A stretch of DNA of 64,000 nt from an uncultured Chloroflexia bacterium (GTDB lineage: Bacteria > Chloroflexota > Limnocylindria > Limnocylindrales > CSP1-4). The stretch's first letter is position 1; the number at the start of each line of letters is the position of its first letter. Of the stretch, positions 41,383 through 51,676 are shown one piece after another. The stretch is taken from positions 50,125 through 114,124 of the forward strand of contig CAWCIK010000009.1 of NCBI GenBank assembly GCA_963795645.1, read 5' to 3'. Below the pieces are notes generated by a model. The model searched no databases, had not been told where the DNA came from, and was given only the letters and a program-made list of their open reading frames with translations. The translations under genes were made by a program, and so were the position numbers.

Positions 41383-42183
41383 ATGGCCGTCCTGACACGC
41401 GAGCTGCGCGGCAGCTACGCGTTCTTCGAACGCAACTTCAACCTGGTCAAGCGCTACTGGGGCTGGGAGTTCGGCTTCCTGGTCTATGCCATTGCGGCTG
41501 CGCTGTCGGTCACGCTGATCGGCAAGGAGCAGGGCAGCCAGGAGCTCATCCTGTACCTGGTCATCGGCGCCGTGTTCTGGAACTACCTGTCGGTCGTGTT
41601 CAGCTTCATCGCCGAGACGATCACGTGGGAGCGCTGGGAGGGCACGCTGGAGTACACGATGATGGCTCCGGTCAGGAGGATCACGCACCTCCTCGGATCG
41701 ACCCTGTTCGCGCTCGTGTACGGGTTCATTCATACCTCGATCGTGCTCGCGGTGTTGATCATGTTCTTCGGGATCGACCTGTCGAATGCGAACTGGGCGA
41801 CGGCCGCGGTATTCATGCTCATCGGCTCGGCCTCGATCGTGGGCATCGGCATGATGGCCGCCATCCTGCCGCTGCTGTACGTCGAGCGTGGCGACCAGAT
41901 GGTCTTCGTGCTCAACTCGTTGCTGCTGCTTTTCTCGGGCGTCTACTACAGCATCACGATCCTGCCGCAGTGGATGCAGACGGTTTCCAAGTTCGTACCC
42001 GGCACGTACATCCTCGACGGCATCCGTGCCGGGCTGATGAACGGAGTCCCGGTCAGCGATCTCCTTTTCGACGTATGGCCGCTGCTGATCATGGCCGTCG
42101 TCCTGATCCCCGCGGGCGCCTACGCGTTCTCGCTCGCCGAGCGATACGCCAAGCGCACCGGCAAGCTAAAGAGGGTTGGCTAA
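41383..42183 (+). CDS. ABC-2 type permease
   Basis: Six TM helices, ERWEGTLE..MMAP, FSGVYY..LPQW. Confidence 0.9.
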   Translation: MAVLTRELRGSYAFFERNFNLVKRYWGWEFGFLVYAIAAALSVTLIGKEQGSQELILYLVIGAVFWNYLSVVFSFIAETITWERWEGTLEYTMMAPVRRITHLLGSTLFALVYGFIHTSIVLAVLIMFFGIDLSNANWATAAVFMLIGSASIVGIGMMAAILPLLYVERGDQMVFVLNSLLLLFSGVYYSITILPQWMQTVSKFVPGTYILDGIRAGLMNGVPVSDLLFDVWPLLIMAVVLIPAGAYAFSLAERYAKRTGKLKRVG

Positions 42184-43188
42184 ATGGAAAAGACTGCGAT
42201 TCAACAACCGGCCGAAGAGCTCGGCCTGACCATCCGGCCCTACGTCGGCGAACAGGACGTGCGCGTCATGGTCGACATCCTCAATCGCGAGTTCGAGGCC
42301 GATGCCGTTCCCAACCGCGAGAGCGAAGGGGACAACCTCGCCTGGGTGCGCCACGCGACGGACGCCTTCGACCCGCCGCGCGACATCAGCTTTGCCGAGG
42401 TTGACGGACAAGCCGTCGGCATGGCCGATCGCAACTGGGTCGACACCAACGACGGGCTGCGCGAATACCGCGTCAACGGAGCGGTGCTGCCCCAGTGGCG
42501 CCGCCAAGGCATCGGCAGCGCGCTGCTGAAGCACAACGAGGAACGCTCACGTTCGCTCGCGGCTATCCACGAGACCGAGCGCCAGAAGTTCCTTGGCTCG
42601 TGGTCGAGCGAGCGACAGGAGGGCTCCAGTGCGCTGCTGCGCGCGAACGGCTATGAGCCAATTCGCTGGTTCTTTGAGATGATCCGCGACCTGTCGGAGC
42701 CGATCCCCGACGTCGTGCTGCCCGACGGGATCGAGATCCGACCGGTCGTGATGGAGGACGTCCGCAAGATCTGGCACGCTGACGTTGAGGCGTTCCGGGA
42801 TCACTGGGGCGGGTTCGACGGCTCGGACGAGCGCCTGCAGGGCTGGATCGAAAGTCCGACCTTCGATCCGACACTGTGGGTCATCGCCTGGGACGGCGAC
42901 GAGGTTGCCGCCGGCAACATCAATGCCATCCACACCGAGGAAAACGCCGCCCTTGGCGTACAACGCGGTTGGCTGCACAGCGTCTTCACGCGCCGCCAGT
43001 GGCGCAAGCGGGGTTTGGCGAATGCGCTCATCGCGCATTCGCTTAAGTTGATCCGCGAACGCGGCATGGACTACGGCATCCTGGGCGTCGATGCCGACAA
43101 CCCGACCGGCGCGCTCGGGCTCTACGAGCGCAACGGGTTCACTGTCCTCGAGCGGTCAACCGCCTGGCGCAAGCCGCTCGAGGGCTGA
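42184..43188 (+). CDS. Tandem GNAT acetyltransferase
   Basis: Two acetyl-CoA motifs VLPQWRRQGIG and TRRQWRKRGLA; LGVDADNPTGALGLYERNGF. Confidence 0.9.
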   Translation: MEKTAIQQPAEELGLTIRPYVGEQDVRVMVDILNREFEADAVPNRESEGDNLAWVRHATDAFDPPRDISFAEVDGQAVGMADRNWVDTNDGLREYRVNGAVLPQWRRQGIGSALLKHNEERSRSLAAIHETERQKFLGSWSSERQEGSSALLRANGYEPIRWFFEMIRDLSEPIPDVVLPDGIEIRPVVMEDVRKIWHADVEAFRDHWGGFDGSDERLQGWIESPTFDPTLWVIAWDGDEVAAGNINAIHTEENAALGVQRGWLHSVFTRRQWRKRGLANALIAHSLKLIRERGMDYGILGVDADNPTGALGLYERNGFTVLERSTAWRKPLEG

Positions 43189-43190
43189 CG

Positions 43191-44264
43191 ATGCTCGACC
43201 GCTACGGCTGGGACGAGCACGTTGCGCGCGACTTCGACGAGCACTGCCTACCGGCACGGAGCCGGGGCGAGTGCTCGTCGAGCACCGCGGCCGCTATGTC
43301 GTAGCCACGCACGCGGGCGAACGCGACGCGGTCGTGTCGGGTCGCCTCAGGCACAACGCCCGGGGCGCGGCCGACTTTCCCGCCGTGGGCGACTGGGTCG
43401 CGCTCAACCACGCGGACGAGGCCGCGAGCCGTGGTGCACGCCATCCTGCCCCGGCGCAGCCAGTTCGTGCGGCCCGATCGCGGCGATACGAGCGACGGCC
43501 AGATCGTGGCCGCCAACGTGGACCTCGTGCTCCTCGTCAGCGGCCTCGACCATGACTTCAACCTGCGCCGCATCGAACGCTACGCCACCCTTGCCTGGTC
43601 GAGCGGAGCGGCAGCCGGTGATCGTCCTGAACAAGGCCGATGTGTGTGACGACGTGGCCGGCCGCGTCGCCGACGTGAGCAACGTCGCGCCTGGCATCCC
43701 AGTTCGGGTCCTCAGCGCGCTTAACCGCGGCGGCATCGAGTCCCTGACGCCCTTGCTGGAGCCGGGCATGACCGTGGCGCTGATCGGATCGTCGGGCGTC
43801 GGCAAGTCGACGCTCGTGAACGCGCTGCTCGGCTGGCAGCGCCAACAGACCAACGCTGTGCGCGACGACGACCAGCGCGGCAGGCACACCACGACCGTGC
43901 GCGAGCTCGTGCCGACCGAGTGGGGCGCGCTGCTGATCGACAGCCCGGGCATGCGCTCGGTGGGCATGTGGGATTCCGAGGATGGGCTCGCCGGCGCTTT
44001 CGCCGACGTCGATGCGTTCGCTGCGCAGTGTCGCTTCAACGACTGCTCGCACGAGGGTGAGCCCGGCTGCGCGGTGGCTGCGGCGATCGCCGGCGGGCAG
44101 CTGCCGCGCTCGCGCCTGGACAGCTCCGCAAGCTGGGGCGGGAGGCGGCCGCTCAGGCGCGCACGACCGACGCCGGCCTGCGCGCCAGCGAGCGCCGGCG
44201 CTGGAAGATGATCCACAAGTCGGTGCGCATCCACATGAATGCCAAGTACGGCCCGGAGGCCTAG
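43191..44264 (+). CDS. rsgA: Ribosome small subunit-dependent GTPase A (frameshifted by probable sequencing errors)
   Basis: [55 protein letters not shown]. Confidence 0.92.
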
Positions 44265-44272
44265 CCCCGCCT

Positions 44273-46156
44273 TCAGGGCAGCCGTTGATCATGCCCGGCA
44301 GGCGCGTACGCGATCACCGACACGAGGTCGCGGATTGCCTCCGAGTAGGCCCGCGCCGGCACTGAGGACAGGGCCACGGACGTGTACTTCGACGCTGGCG
44401 TTGTGGGCGCCACATCCGCTGCGTTGACGAACCTGACGGCGATGACGCGCACTCGATCGTGTCGGGCCCCGGTCCTGAGGCGCTCGACGGCCTGAAAGAG
44501 CAGCTCCGCGCGCAGACCACCATCGAACGAGCGCCACGCCACTGCCTCTTCGCCCTGATCCCATGTCCCCACGAATGGCGCGGCCCACCCGCGCTGCCTC
44601 AGATAAGCGCGCAATCGGCGATGATCGACCACCGTCCCTGCGAAGCGCCGGTCGGCGGCCAGCCCGATGTCCTGGGCACGAGGAGCAAACCTCTCGCGTT
44701 CGACCTGCTCGACCGGTTGCTCGATTGAGCGCCGGGCGAGGACGGCTCTCAGGGCTCGGAGGGTCGCTTCGCTCGAGTCCGCTGGATGCCATAGGCTGAT
44801 CACGCCAGCGCTGGCCGGGATCATGGTGCCATCGGCGGCCAGCCAGCCTTCTTCCATCGGAAGTGCGTCAATCGCTCGACCACTGTCGACGCGCGTCACT
44901 GTCCAAATGAGTCGGCGTCCAAACAGGCCGCCGATTGGGTGGTCGAAGAATCGCTCTCGCCAATTGGGCTCCGCCCAGCCACGCGCCGAGGCCATGCGCA
45001 GCTCCGTGCGCTGGCGTTCCTCCGCAACCGCGACGCCGATTTCCGCCGCGTGGGCCGCGAATTCTGCAACGCCGCTTGGATCCGCTGTTGCCTGCGCGTC
45101 CGGTGCCAGCGCAGTGATCGTGCCATCCGGAAGGTGCCAGCTGGACGTGACCGCGCCATTCGGCGTCAGCTCAATCACGCCGCGCGCGCCAGCAATCGGC
45201 ATCTCCAGCCAACCGCGACCGTCGAGTCCGAAGCTGGGCAGGGATGCCTCGACGACGTCGTCCACGGACATCCCGCGCCGTTCGGCGACCTGCTCGAGCG
45301 CGCGGTCAACCTGTTTGCGGACGTTACGGTTGATTACTCGGATGTGCATCGACGCGAGCATGGCTCCGCCGTCCGCGCCATCCATCGCGCCCAACAGTGC
45401 CGCACAGGTGTTGGCCAGCGCAGCGTCGCGCACGACCGCATCGTTGCGACCCGACGAACCCATTCGAAGACCAACCTCACCAACGAGATCCGCAGGCGAC
45501 TCGAGCACGACGGGCGTCAGCCAGAGCATGCCTCGCGCAATTCGCTGATTGGTGGGCCGGACGCCGCCCAGGAGCAGGTCGGGCCGGCTCACGATCTCCG
45601 CCCGCAGCAGCGCCGCCAAAGATCGCCGCAGCGCGGATCCCGCCCTTCTTGCTGTTTGCTCGTCGCCCGCGAGCTGGGCGGCAGCCTGCGCCACCCAGCG
45701 CGAGGTCGGGGCAACGCTTCTGGCGGTCATGACGAGCGGGAACATCGCGCCAAGCACCGTGGCCAACGCTGGATCTGTCGCGAGCATCGTGCGCATCTGC
45801 ACGCCGAAGGGGTCTCCGCGGTCGAATGCGCGCTCCGGCAGCGTGCCGCCGGCCGCGCGTCGCAACACCTCCACGAGCCGCATCCGGCGACTCACCGACT
45901 CCGGCCGGCTGCCCAGCCACTCATCGGACAGTAGGTCGACGGTCCGTTCCAACTCGACCCGAAGCCCTGGATCAGTGACGACTCCAACCCTCTCGATCTC
46001 GGCCGTGATGCCGTCGAGAAGGGGCAGATTGAGAACGCCGAGCATCACGCCCGGCGGGTGGTCGAGTTGCTCACGAACCTCGGCAAGCCGCGGCGCCAGC
46101 GTTGATTGGTCGCTCAAAAGGGCAGCACGCGCGTGCGCGCGACCTGATCCAGCCAC
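44273..46156 (-). CDS. DUF4132 domain-containing protein
   Basis: LGNA-like LANTC, C-terminal W...FFDHPI..RLIW, LWHP, QP.EQ..RE, YSEAIRD signature. Confidence 0.72.
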   Translation of the reverse strand: MAGSGRAHARAALLSDQSTLAPRLAEVREQLDHPPGVMLGVLNLPLLDGITAEIERVGVVTDPGLRVELERTVDLLSDEWLGSRPESVSRRMRLVEVLRRAAGGTLPERAFDRGDPFGVQMRTMLATDPALATVLGAMFPLVMTARSVAPTSRWVAQAAAQLAGDEQTARRAGSALRRSLAALLRAEIVSRPDLLLGGVRPTNQRIARGMLWLTPVVLESPADLVGEVGLRMGSSGRNDAVVRDAALANTCAALLGAMDGADGGAMLASMHIRVINRNVRKQVDRALEQVAERRGMSVDDVVEASLPSFGLDGRGWLEMPIAGARGVIELTPNGAVTSSWHLPDGTITALAPDAQATADPSGVAEFAAHAAEIGVAVAEERQRTELRMASARGWAEPNWRERFFDHPIGGLFGRRLIWTVTRVDSGRAIDALPMEEGWLAADGTMIPASAGVISLWHPADSSEATLRALRAVLARRSIEQPVEQVERERFAPRAQDIGLAADRRFAGTVVDHRRLRAYLRQRGWAAPFVGTWDQGEEAVAWRSFDGGLRAELLFQAVERLRTGARHDRVRVIAVRFVNAADVAPTTPASKYTSVALSSVPARAYSEAIRDLVSVIAYAPAGHDQRLP

Positions 46157-46752
46157 GGCTTCTCTTGGTCAAGGGTGGACAGACGCCCGTGGCCGGGGAG
46201 GACCTTCAAATTAGTCGCCATGGCGGAAAGTCGGGCGAGTGAAGCGACCATCTCCTCATCTGAGCCTCCGGGCAGGTCAGTCCTGCCCCAGCTGCCGGCG
46301 AAGAGCGTGTCGCCAGTGAAGAGCAGCCGCTCGCCGGCGGCGACAAGGCAGACCGAGCCTTCCGTGTGACCGGGCGTGTGGAGCACCTCCAGATCGATGT
46401 CGCCGAACCTGATGCGCGAGCCCTCGGCCAGGTCGATGGCCGGCACGGACGGTGCGATCGGGAAGGGCGCCATCAATGTCGACGGATGCTCGAGGCCGTG
46501 GCGGTCGAGCGCGTGAGCGGCAATATGCGCGCCGGTGGCCTCAGACAGCGGGGCGTTGTCGCCGATGTGATCCCAGTGCCGATGCGTGCTGACGATGAGC
46601 TTCAATCGCCAACCGCGCTCCGCCAATGTCGCGGTGACCCATTCGACGCACGGCGTCGCCGTGTCGATCGCGATCGCCTCGCCACTTGCCTCGTCGCCCA
46701 GGACATACAGGTTCGTCGCGATCGGGCCGATCACGCGTTGCAGCAGCTTCAT
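46114..46752 (-). CDS. MBL-fold hydrolase (glyoxalase II/YcbL-like)
   Basis: THRHWDHIG, HTPGHTEG, FTGDTLF...GRTDLPGG, PGHG. Confidence 0.9.
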   Translation of the reverse strand: MKLLQRVIGPIATNLYVLGDEASGEAIAIDTATPCVEWVTATLAERGWRLKLIVSTHRHWDHIGDNAPLSEATGAHIAAHALDRHGLEHPSTLMAPFPIAPSVPAIDLAEGSRIRFGDIDLEVLHTPGHTEGSVCLVAAGERLLFTGDTLFAGSWGRTDLPGGSDEEMVASLARLSAMATNLKVLPGHGRLSTLDQEKPWLDQVARTRVLPF

Positions 46753-46796
46753 CTGGCTATATCGTCCTCCCAAACAGACTTAGCCGGGAGCTCGCG

Positions 46797-47585
46797 ATGA
46801 CTGACATGAACGGCCGCTTCACCTGGTACGGACACTCCTGCGTGGAGCTGCGCACGCCCGGCGGCAAGGTCTTGATCTTTGATCCCTGGTTCGGGAACCC
46901 GACCTCGCCGCGCGCGGCAACGGACGTCACGCAGTGCGATCTGATGCTCGTGTCGCATGGCCACTTCGATCACATGGGATCGGCTCCGCGCGAGGTGCTC
47001 AAGGCAGACGCGCTGACGATCGCGCGGGCAACGAAACCAACGTGGCCATGTATCCACGAGCTGTCGCTCTGGCTCGAGACGCAGCTCGACGGTGCTGGCG
47101 CCGAGATCATCGGCATGAACAAGGGCGGCACCGTCGTGTCCAGCGGTCTCAAGGTCACGATGGTTCACGCAGATCACTCCGCCGGCGATTGGCTGGCTCC
47201 CGGCGAACCCATGACGGGTTGGCGTAAATCGACCGACGGCCCCATGTACCTGGGTGAGCCGGTCGGTTTCATGATCGAGCTCGAGGATGGCATGCGCATC
47301 TATTTCGCCGGCGACACGGACGTCTTCGGCGACATGAAGCTGCTTGGCGAGATGCACCAGCCGGACCTGGCCTTCCTGCCCATCGGCGGCCACTTCACGA
47401 TGGGCCCGGCCGGCGCCGCGCGAGCCGCAGCCCTGTTAGGTGTGCGCGCGGTGGTGCCCATTCATTACGGCACATTCCCGATCCTGGTTGGGACGCCGGA
47501 CAAACTGCGCGACGAGCTGCTCGGCGTGGGCGTCGAGGTAAATGTGATCGCGCCGGAGCGCGGCGTCAGCACTCCCCTGCTTTAG
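46797..47585 (+). CDS. UPF0173-type metal-dependent hydrolase
   Basis: TWYGHS, SHGHFDH, GMNKGG, YFAGDT, LPIGGHFTMGP, PIHYGTFP. Confidence 0.9.
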   Translation: MTDMNGRFTWYGHSCVELRTPGGKVLIFDPWFGNPTSPRAATDVTQCDLMLVSHGHFDHMGSAPREVLKADALTIARATKPTWPCIHELSLWLETQLDGAGAEIIGMNKGGTVVSSGLKVTMVHADHSAGDWLAPGEPMTGWRKSTDGPMYLGEPVGFMIELEDGMRIYFAGDTDVFGDMKLLGEMHQPDLAFLPIGGHFTMGPAGAARAAALLGVRAVVPIHYGTFPILVGTPDKLRDELLGVGVEVNVIAPERGVSTPLL

Positions 47586-47800
47586 CGGTCCGGGGACCGC
47601 CAACCGGCGGCCTCTGCATCGTCCGCCTGAGGCCCAACGCCAAGGGCCGCGTCGAGCGCCTCGGTCAGCCTGCGCGCGGCCTCGCCGGTCGCCCGGCCGC
47701 GCCGGCCCCCGGTGAGCTCCTCGATATCGATCCCAGCCGATACATCTCCGGGAGCTCGCTGTCTAATCCGTACCACGAACGAGCGGTAGAGCGGCGCCAT
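47582..47800 (-). CDS. Small hypothetical protein overlapping the end of the SARP-STAND gene
   Basis: MAPLYRSFVVRIRQR...IEELTGGRR; GGAG just upstream; 72 aa. Confidence 0.55.
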   Translation of the reverse strand: MAPLYRSFVVRIRQRAPGDVSAGIDIEELTGGRRGRATGEAARRLTEALDAALGVGPQADDAEAAGWRSPDR

Positions 47801-50800
47801 CACTCCGAGCCTGGGGCCCGGGCGTTCCCATGATGTTCCCGAACCCCACTTGCTCTGGAGCAAACCAATCCTCCATCGCGAGAGCGTGTTCGACCTGGGC
47901 CGACAGACCCGGGGCCCCGCTGTGTCGCGCGATTGCCCTGGCGGCATCGGATTCTGCGCGTGCGAGATCGCGGTCGTCGAGGAGCAACGCGAGATGGGCG
48001 ATGTGTGCCGTGGCCATGGCCTCGTGCCTGGGGTTGCCGCCCATAGTGCGCAGGAGCTCGAGTTCGCGGCGACGGTGCCCGATCGAAGCCTCGAGCCGAC
48101 CTCGGTTATGCTCGATGTCCGCGGCGACCCATTCGGTCACGGCCTCGGTGTATGCGTCCCCGCCCATCGCCGCGAGCGCCCGTGCGGTCTCGAGCTCGAG
48201 CATGGCTCGGTCAAAGTCGCCGGTCATGCGCAACGCGCCCGCGAGGTGCATGCGCAGGGCGGCGATCTCGCCGGCGGCGCCGATCTGAACGGCCAGGCCG
48301 ATGGCACGCTCCAGAATCGGGATGCTGCGCGCAGCAGGCTCGGTCGACCAGACTGCCACCGCCAGCCTGTCCAGGGACCGAACGAGGAATGCTGACGGCG
48401 GTCCGGCTTCGAGGATGACAACCGCGGGCTCGAGGAGCGAATGGGCCTCGGGCCAGCGCCCTGCTCGTCCGGCCAGCCAACCTCTTCCTGAGTCGAGCAT
48501 CGCCCGGGCCGCTGGGTCGGAGACGACCGTGAGTCCCTCGCGGTAGATCTCGTCAGCTCGCTCGAACTGGCCATGGTGATACGGAATCGCGGCGGCGCTG
48601 GTGTACGCGGCCGCACGTTCAAGGTCGGTCCGCGCAACGCGGATCGCCCGCCACACCGTTGCGCGCGCTCCGGCCTCGTCACCCAACGCCGTGCGGGCGA
48701 GCGATAAGTCGACATAGGCCGTCGACGCGTCGAAGCGTTGACGCTCGGCTTCGGGCAGCCGCAGCCATTGCGACAGCGCACTGCGGAGCGTCTCTGCGGC
48801 GGCGGCGTGGTCGAGAAGCGAGTCCTGCCGGCGACCGGCAGCGAACCCGAAGACGACAGCGTAAGGCAGGACGTCCTTCCGTCCCAGGCCGGCTGCAGCC
48901 GATGCGTGCTCCGCGATCGGCGCCGGATCAAGTCCGCCGTCGACTGCCTCCGCCACGGCGAGTTCGTCGAGCGGGTCGATATCGTGGGCCAGCGCCCGCG
49001 TCACTCGGGCGTGAAGATCGGCCCGCCTTTGCGGGGGCAAGCCGCCTCGCAGCGCCGCCCGCAGGATCGGGTGGCCGAACCGATAGCGGAGTGGCTCCTC
49101 TTTGAGGATCTCGGCCCGCAGCGCGACATCAATGGCATCGAGGATCTCGCCGGCATCGGACGCGACGGCTTCGGAAAGCTCTTCGAACCCGAAGGCGTCG
49201 CCGAGCTCGGCGGCCACGGCCAGCACGTCGACGGCGGACGGAGTCAGGCGGGCGATCCGCTCCCCGACGAGACGCGTCAGGTTGGGCGTGAGCGGCAGGT
49301 CCACGATGCCCTCGCGCAGGCGCCACGCCTTATCGATCCGCTCGGCGTCACCGGACGCCCGGGCGCCGCGAAATGCCTCGAGGGCGAAGAGCGGCGATCC
49401 CGCCGCGATCTTCGCGAGCGCATCCATCAGGCGATCGTCGATGTCCTCCCCAGGCACGTCGCGCTCGATGACCAGTCGGAGCTCGCGCGGCCCCATCGTG
49501 CCGAGCGCGAGATCGAGCGCACCCATCCGGCGCAGGTCGTCGCGCAGCTTCGTCGTCGCCCTCGTCTCGGCGACCGGGTCGTCCCGGAAGGTCACCAGGA
49601 CAAGGAGCGGAAGATCGCGCACCTCCGACGCGATCCTCGCGATGGCGCCCTGGCTGCGCGCGTCGAGCCACTGAACGTCTTCGATCGCGAGGACGGTCGG
49701 CCCCGATGCGGCAAGATCCGCGATCGCGCCAGCGAGCGCGTCAGCGATGGCGGTGTCCGCGGCAAACACCACGGCCGGTCGAGAGTCGGACGCCGGCATA
49801 GCCGTCAGTACGGCACTCCGCGCTGGCTCCGGCAGGTCGTCTGCACCCCCTCCCCGAGCCGCGGAAATCGCTCGAGCCAGGCCGCTGAGCGGCGTCCGCG
49901 GCGTGGACTCCAGGCCACGGACCTCGATGATCCGCCAGCCGGACGCCTGCGCAGCGCTCACGATCTCCATCGCGAGGCTCGTCTTGCCGATTCCCGCCGG
50001 CCCGTGAATGACGATGGTTCCGCGGCCGCCTGCGACCACACGGTCGAGCTCCGACTCGGCCGCCTCCAGCTCGCCGCGCCGGCCCACGATCGGCTGCGGT
50101 CCGCGGGCGCTCCCGGGCGTCGCCACCGGTCGCGATCGCCGTGCTTCGCGCGGCCTCGATCAGCGCCGACAGCTCCGGGCCGGGGGTCGTGTCGAACGCT
50201 GCCTGGACCGCCACTTCGCAGGCTCGCAACTGGCGCCGCGCCGCATGCAGCTCGCCGGCGTCAAGGTGAAGCTCGATGGCAATCCTGTGCGCTCGCTCGT
50301 CGGCCGGCTCGAGGCGCAGCGCGCGCTCGACGAGGGCGAACGCCAGCGTGTCTTCCCCCAACGCGCGGGCCTGCCGAGCGCCGGACACGAGCCCGTCGAC
50401 GACGCGCGGCTCGAGGTGCTCGCGGATCGATACGAGCCACTCCTCGTACGGGTCCTCCGGCAGGACGACCTCGCCGCCGAGCTCGGCAAGGCGCTTGAGG
50501 GCCCCAGCTGGTCGGCGTGGCCGTCGTCTTGCACGCCGGCCGTGCCGCCTGGCAGGCCCTCGATGACCGAGATGGCGCCCAGCAGGCGATCGACGTCCAC
50601 GTCGACCTCGAGGTTTCGGTCCAGTCGGAGCCAGGGTCCGTCCGTCGCAAGGACGCGCTCACGCGCATCGCCCGAGGTTCCCAGGGCACGCCTTGCAAAG
50701 TGAGTCGCCTTGCGCAGGTTCGCCTCGCTGCGCTCGGGATCGAGCTCCGGCCACAGCGCCTCGGCGGCGGCCTCGCGGCGAAGACGATGACCGGGCGTTG

Positions 50801-50915
50801 CCAGGACCAGCTTCAGGAGACGAAGCCCGGACGGGCGCTCGAAGATGGCACGTTCAATGCGCCGACCGTCGAGCGTGACTTCGAACGTTCCCAGCAGCCG
50901 TGCCTCGAGCCGCAC
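47763..50915 (-). CDS. SARP/BTAD plus AAA (STAND) ATPase plus TPR-like transcriptional regulator (frameshifts near 50490 and 50130)
   Basis: ARLLGTFEV, EALWPELD, LEPADERAHR; IVGR..EL, GPAGIGKT, IEDVQWLD, GSPLFALE, YRFGHPILR; GTG 50915 with GGAGG. Confidence 0.88.
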
Positions 50916-50991
50916 CTGGCCTCCCAACCCGGAACGGGTGATGTCGCCTAACCGTAGCGAACCAGAACCAGCATGACGAGGGGGAGGGGGA

Positions 50992-51010
50992 GTGGGAACG
51001 CTGTGGGAAC
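50992..51010 (+). promoter_or_regulatory. SARP-type direct repeat
   Basis: GTGGGAAC at 50992 and 51003 (11-bp period) in the divergent intergenic region next to the SARP gene. Confidence 0.5.
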
Positions 51011-51237
51011 CCGGGCAGCCCAGGGTGCTGGCCGTCGGGGCCACGAACGCGAACGAGGTGAGAGACGGATGAGGCGAAGCAAAAAATCACGACGGTCGCC
51101 GTGGGCGTCGCGGGCGCTGCGGCTCAGAGCGCCGAGGCTGTCACCGCCGCCGCGTGGCGTGCTCAGTTGCAGGCAGCACGCATTGCGCCCACGTTCGATC
51201 TGACCGATCGGACTGAGCCACGGAAGGAGAGCCGAGC

Positions 51238-51567
51238 GTGATCGCCAGGCAGACAGTCATTCGATCATTCCCGGTCCTCGCCGCGATCGTGTTGCTGCTC
51301 GCCGGCGCGCTGGTGCCCGGCGCGCCGGTCCGCGCCGCGTCACAGCTATCGCTCGACTGGTCGATACCCGAGCGCTACTCCGACGCCAACGGCGACGGGT
51401 TCACCGAGCAGGTCTACGCGCCCGACGGCTCGGCGGCAATAGACCCCGGCGGCTGGCGTGTCGATCTCATCGTGAGCGGTGCCAACTGCGGCGGCACAGG
51501 TGCCCGGACGTGGTGGATAGAGGGCGAAAAATTGCACGCGACTATGACGCGCTCGTTTGACCCATGA
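51238..51567 (+). pseudogene. Probable truncated secreted-protein gene (N-terminal fragment)
   Basis: AAGGAG SD, clear signal peptide (..APVRA), about 65 aa of domain-like sequence, then an abrupt stop with no obvious continuation. Confidence 0.45.
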
Positions 51568-51676
51568 CCTTTCCGTCTCGTTCAGTCCGCCGTAGCAGCG
51601 CAAGCGCGGTCGCTCGGGCGTGGCGGCCGTCGTCGACTCAAATCGTCTGCGTGTACCACTGGAGGGAGCCGTACCG

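Noticed and set aside
51069-51241. Small ORF after GAGGTG that could join the next gene's GTGA via a slip in A6
   Set aside because: Requires assuming a homopolymer error; no recognisable motif in either frame.
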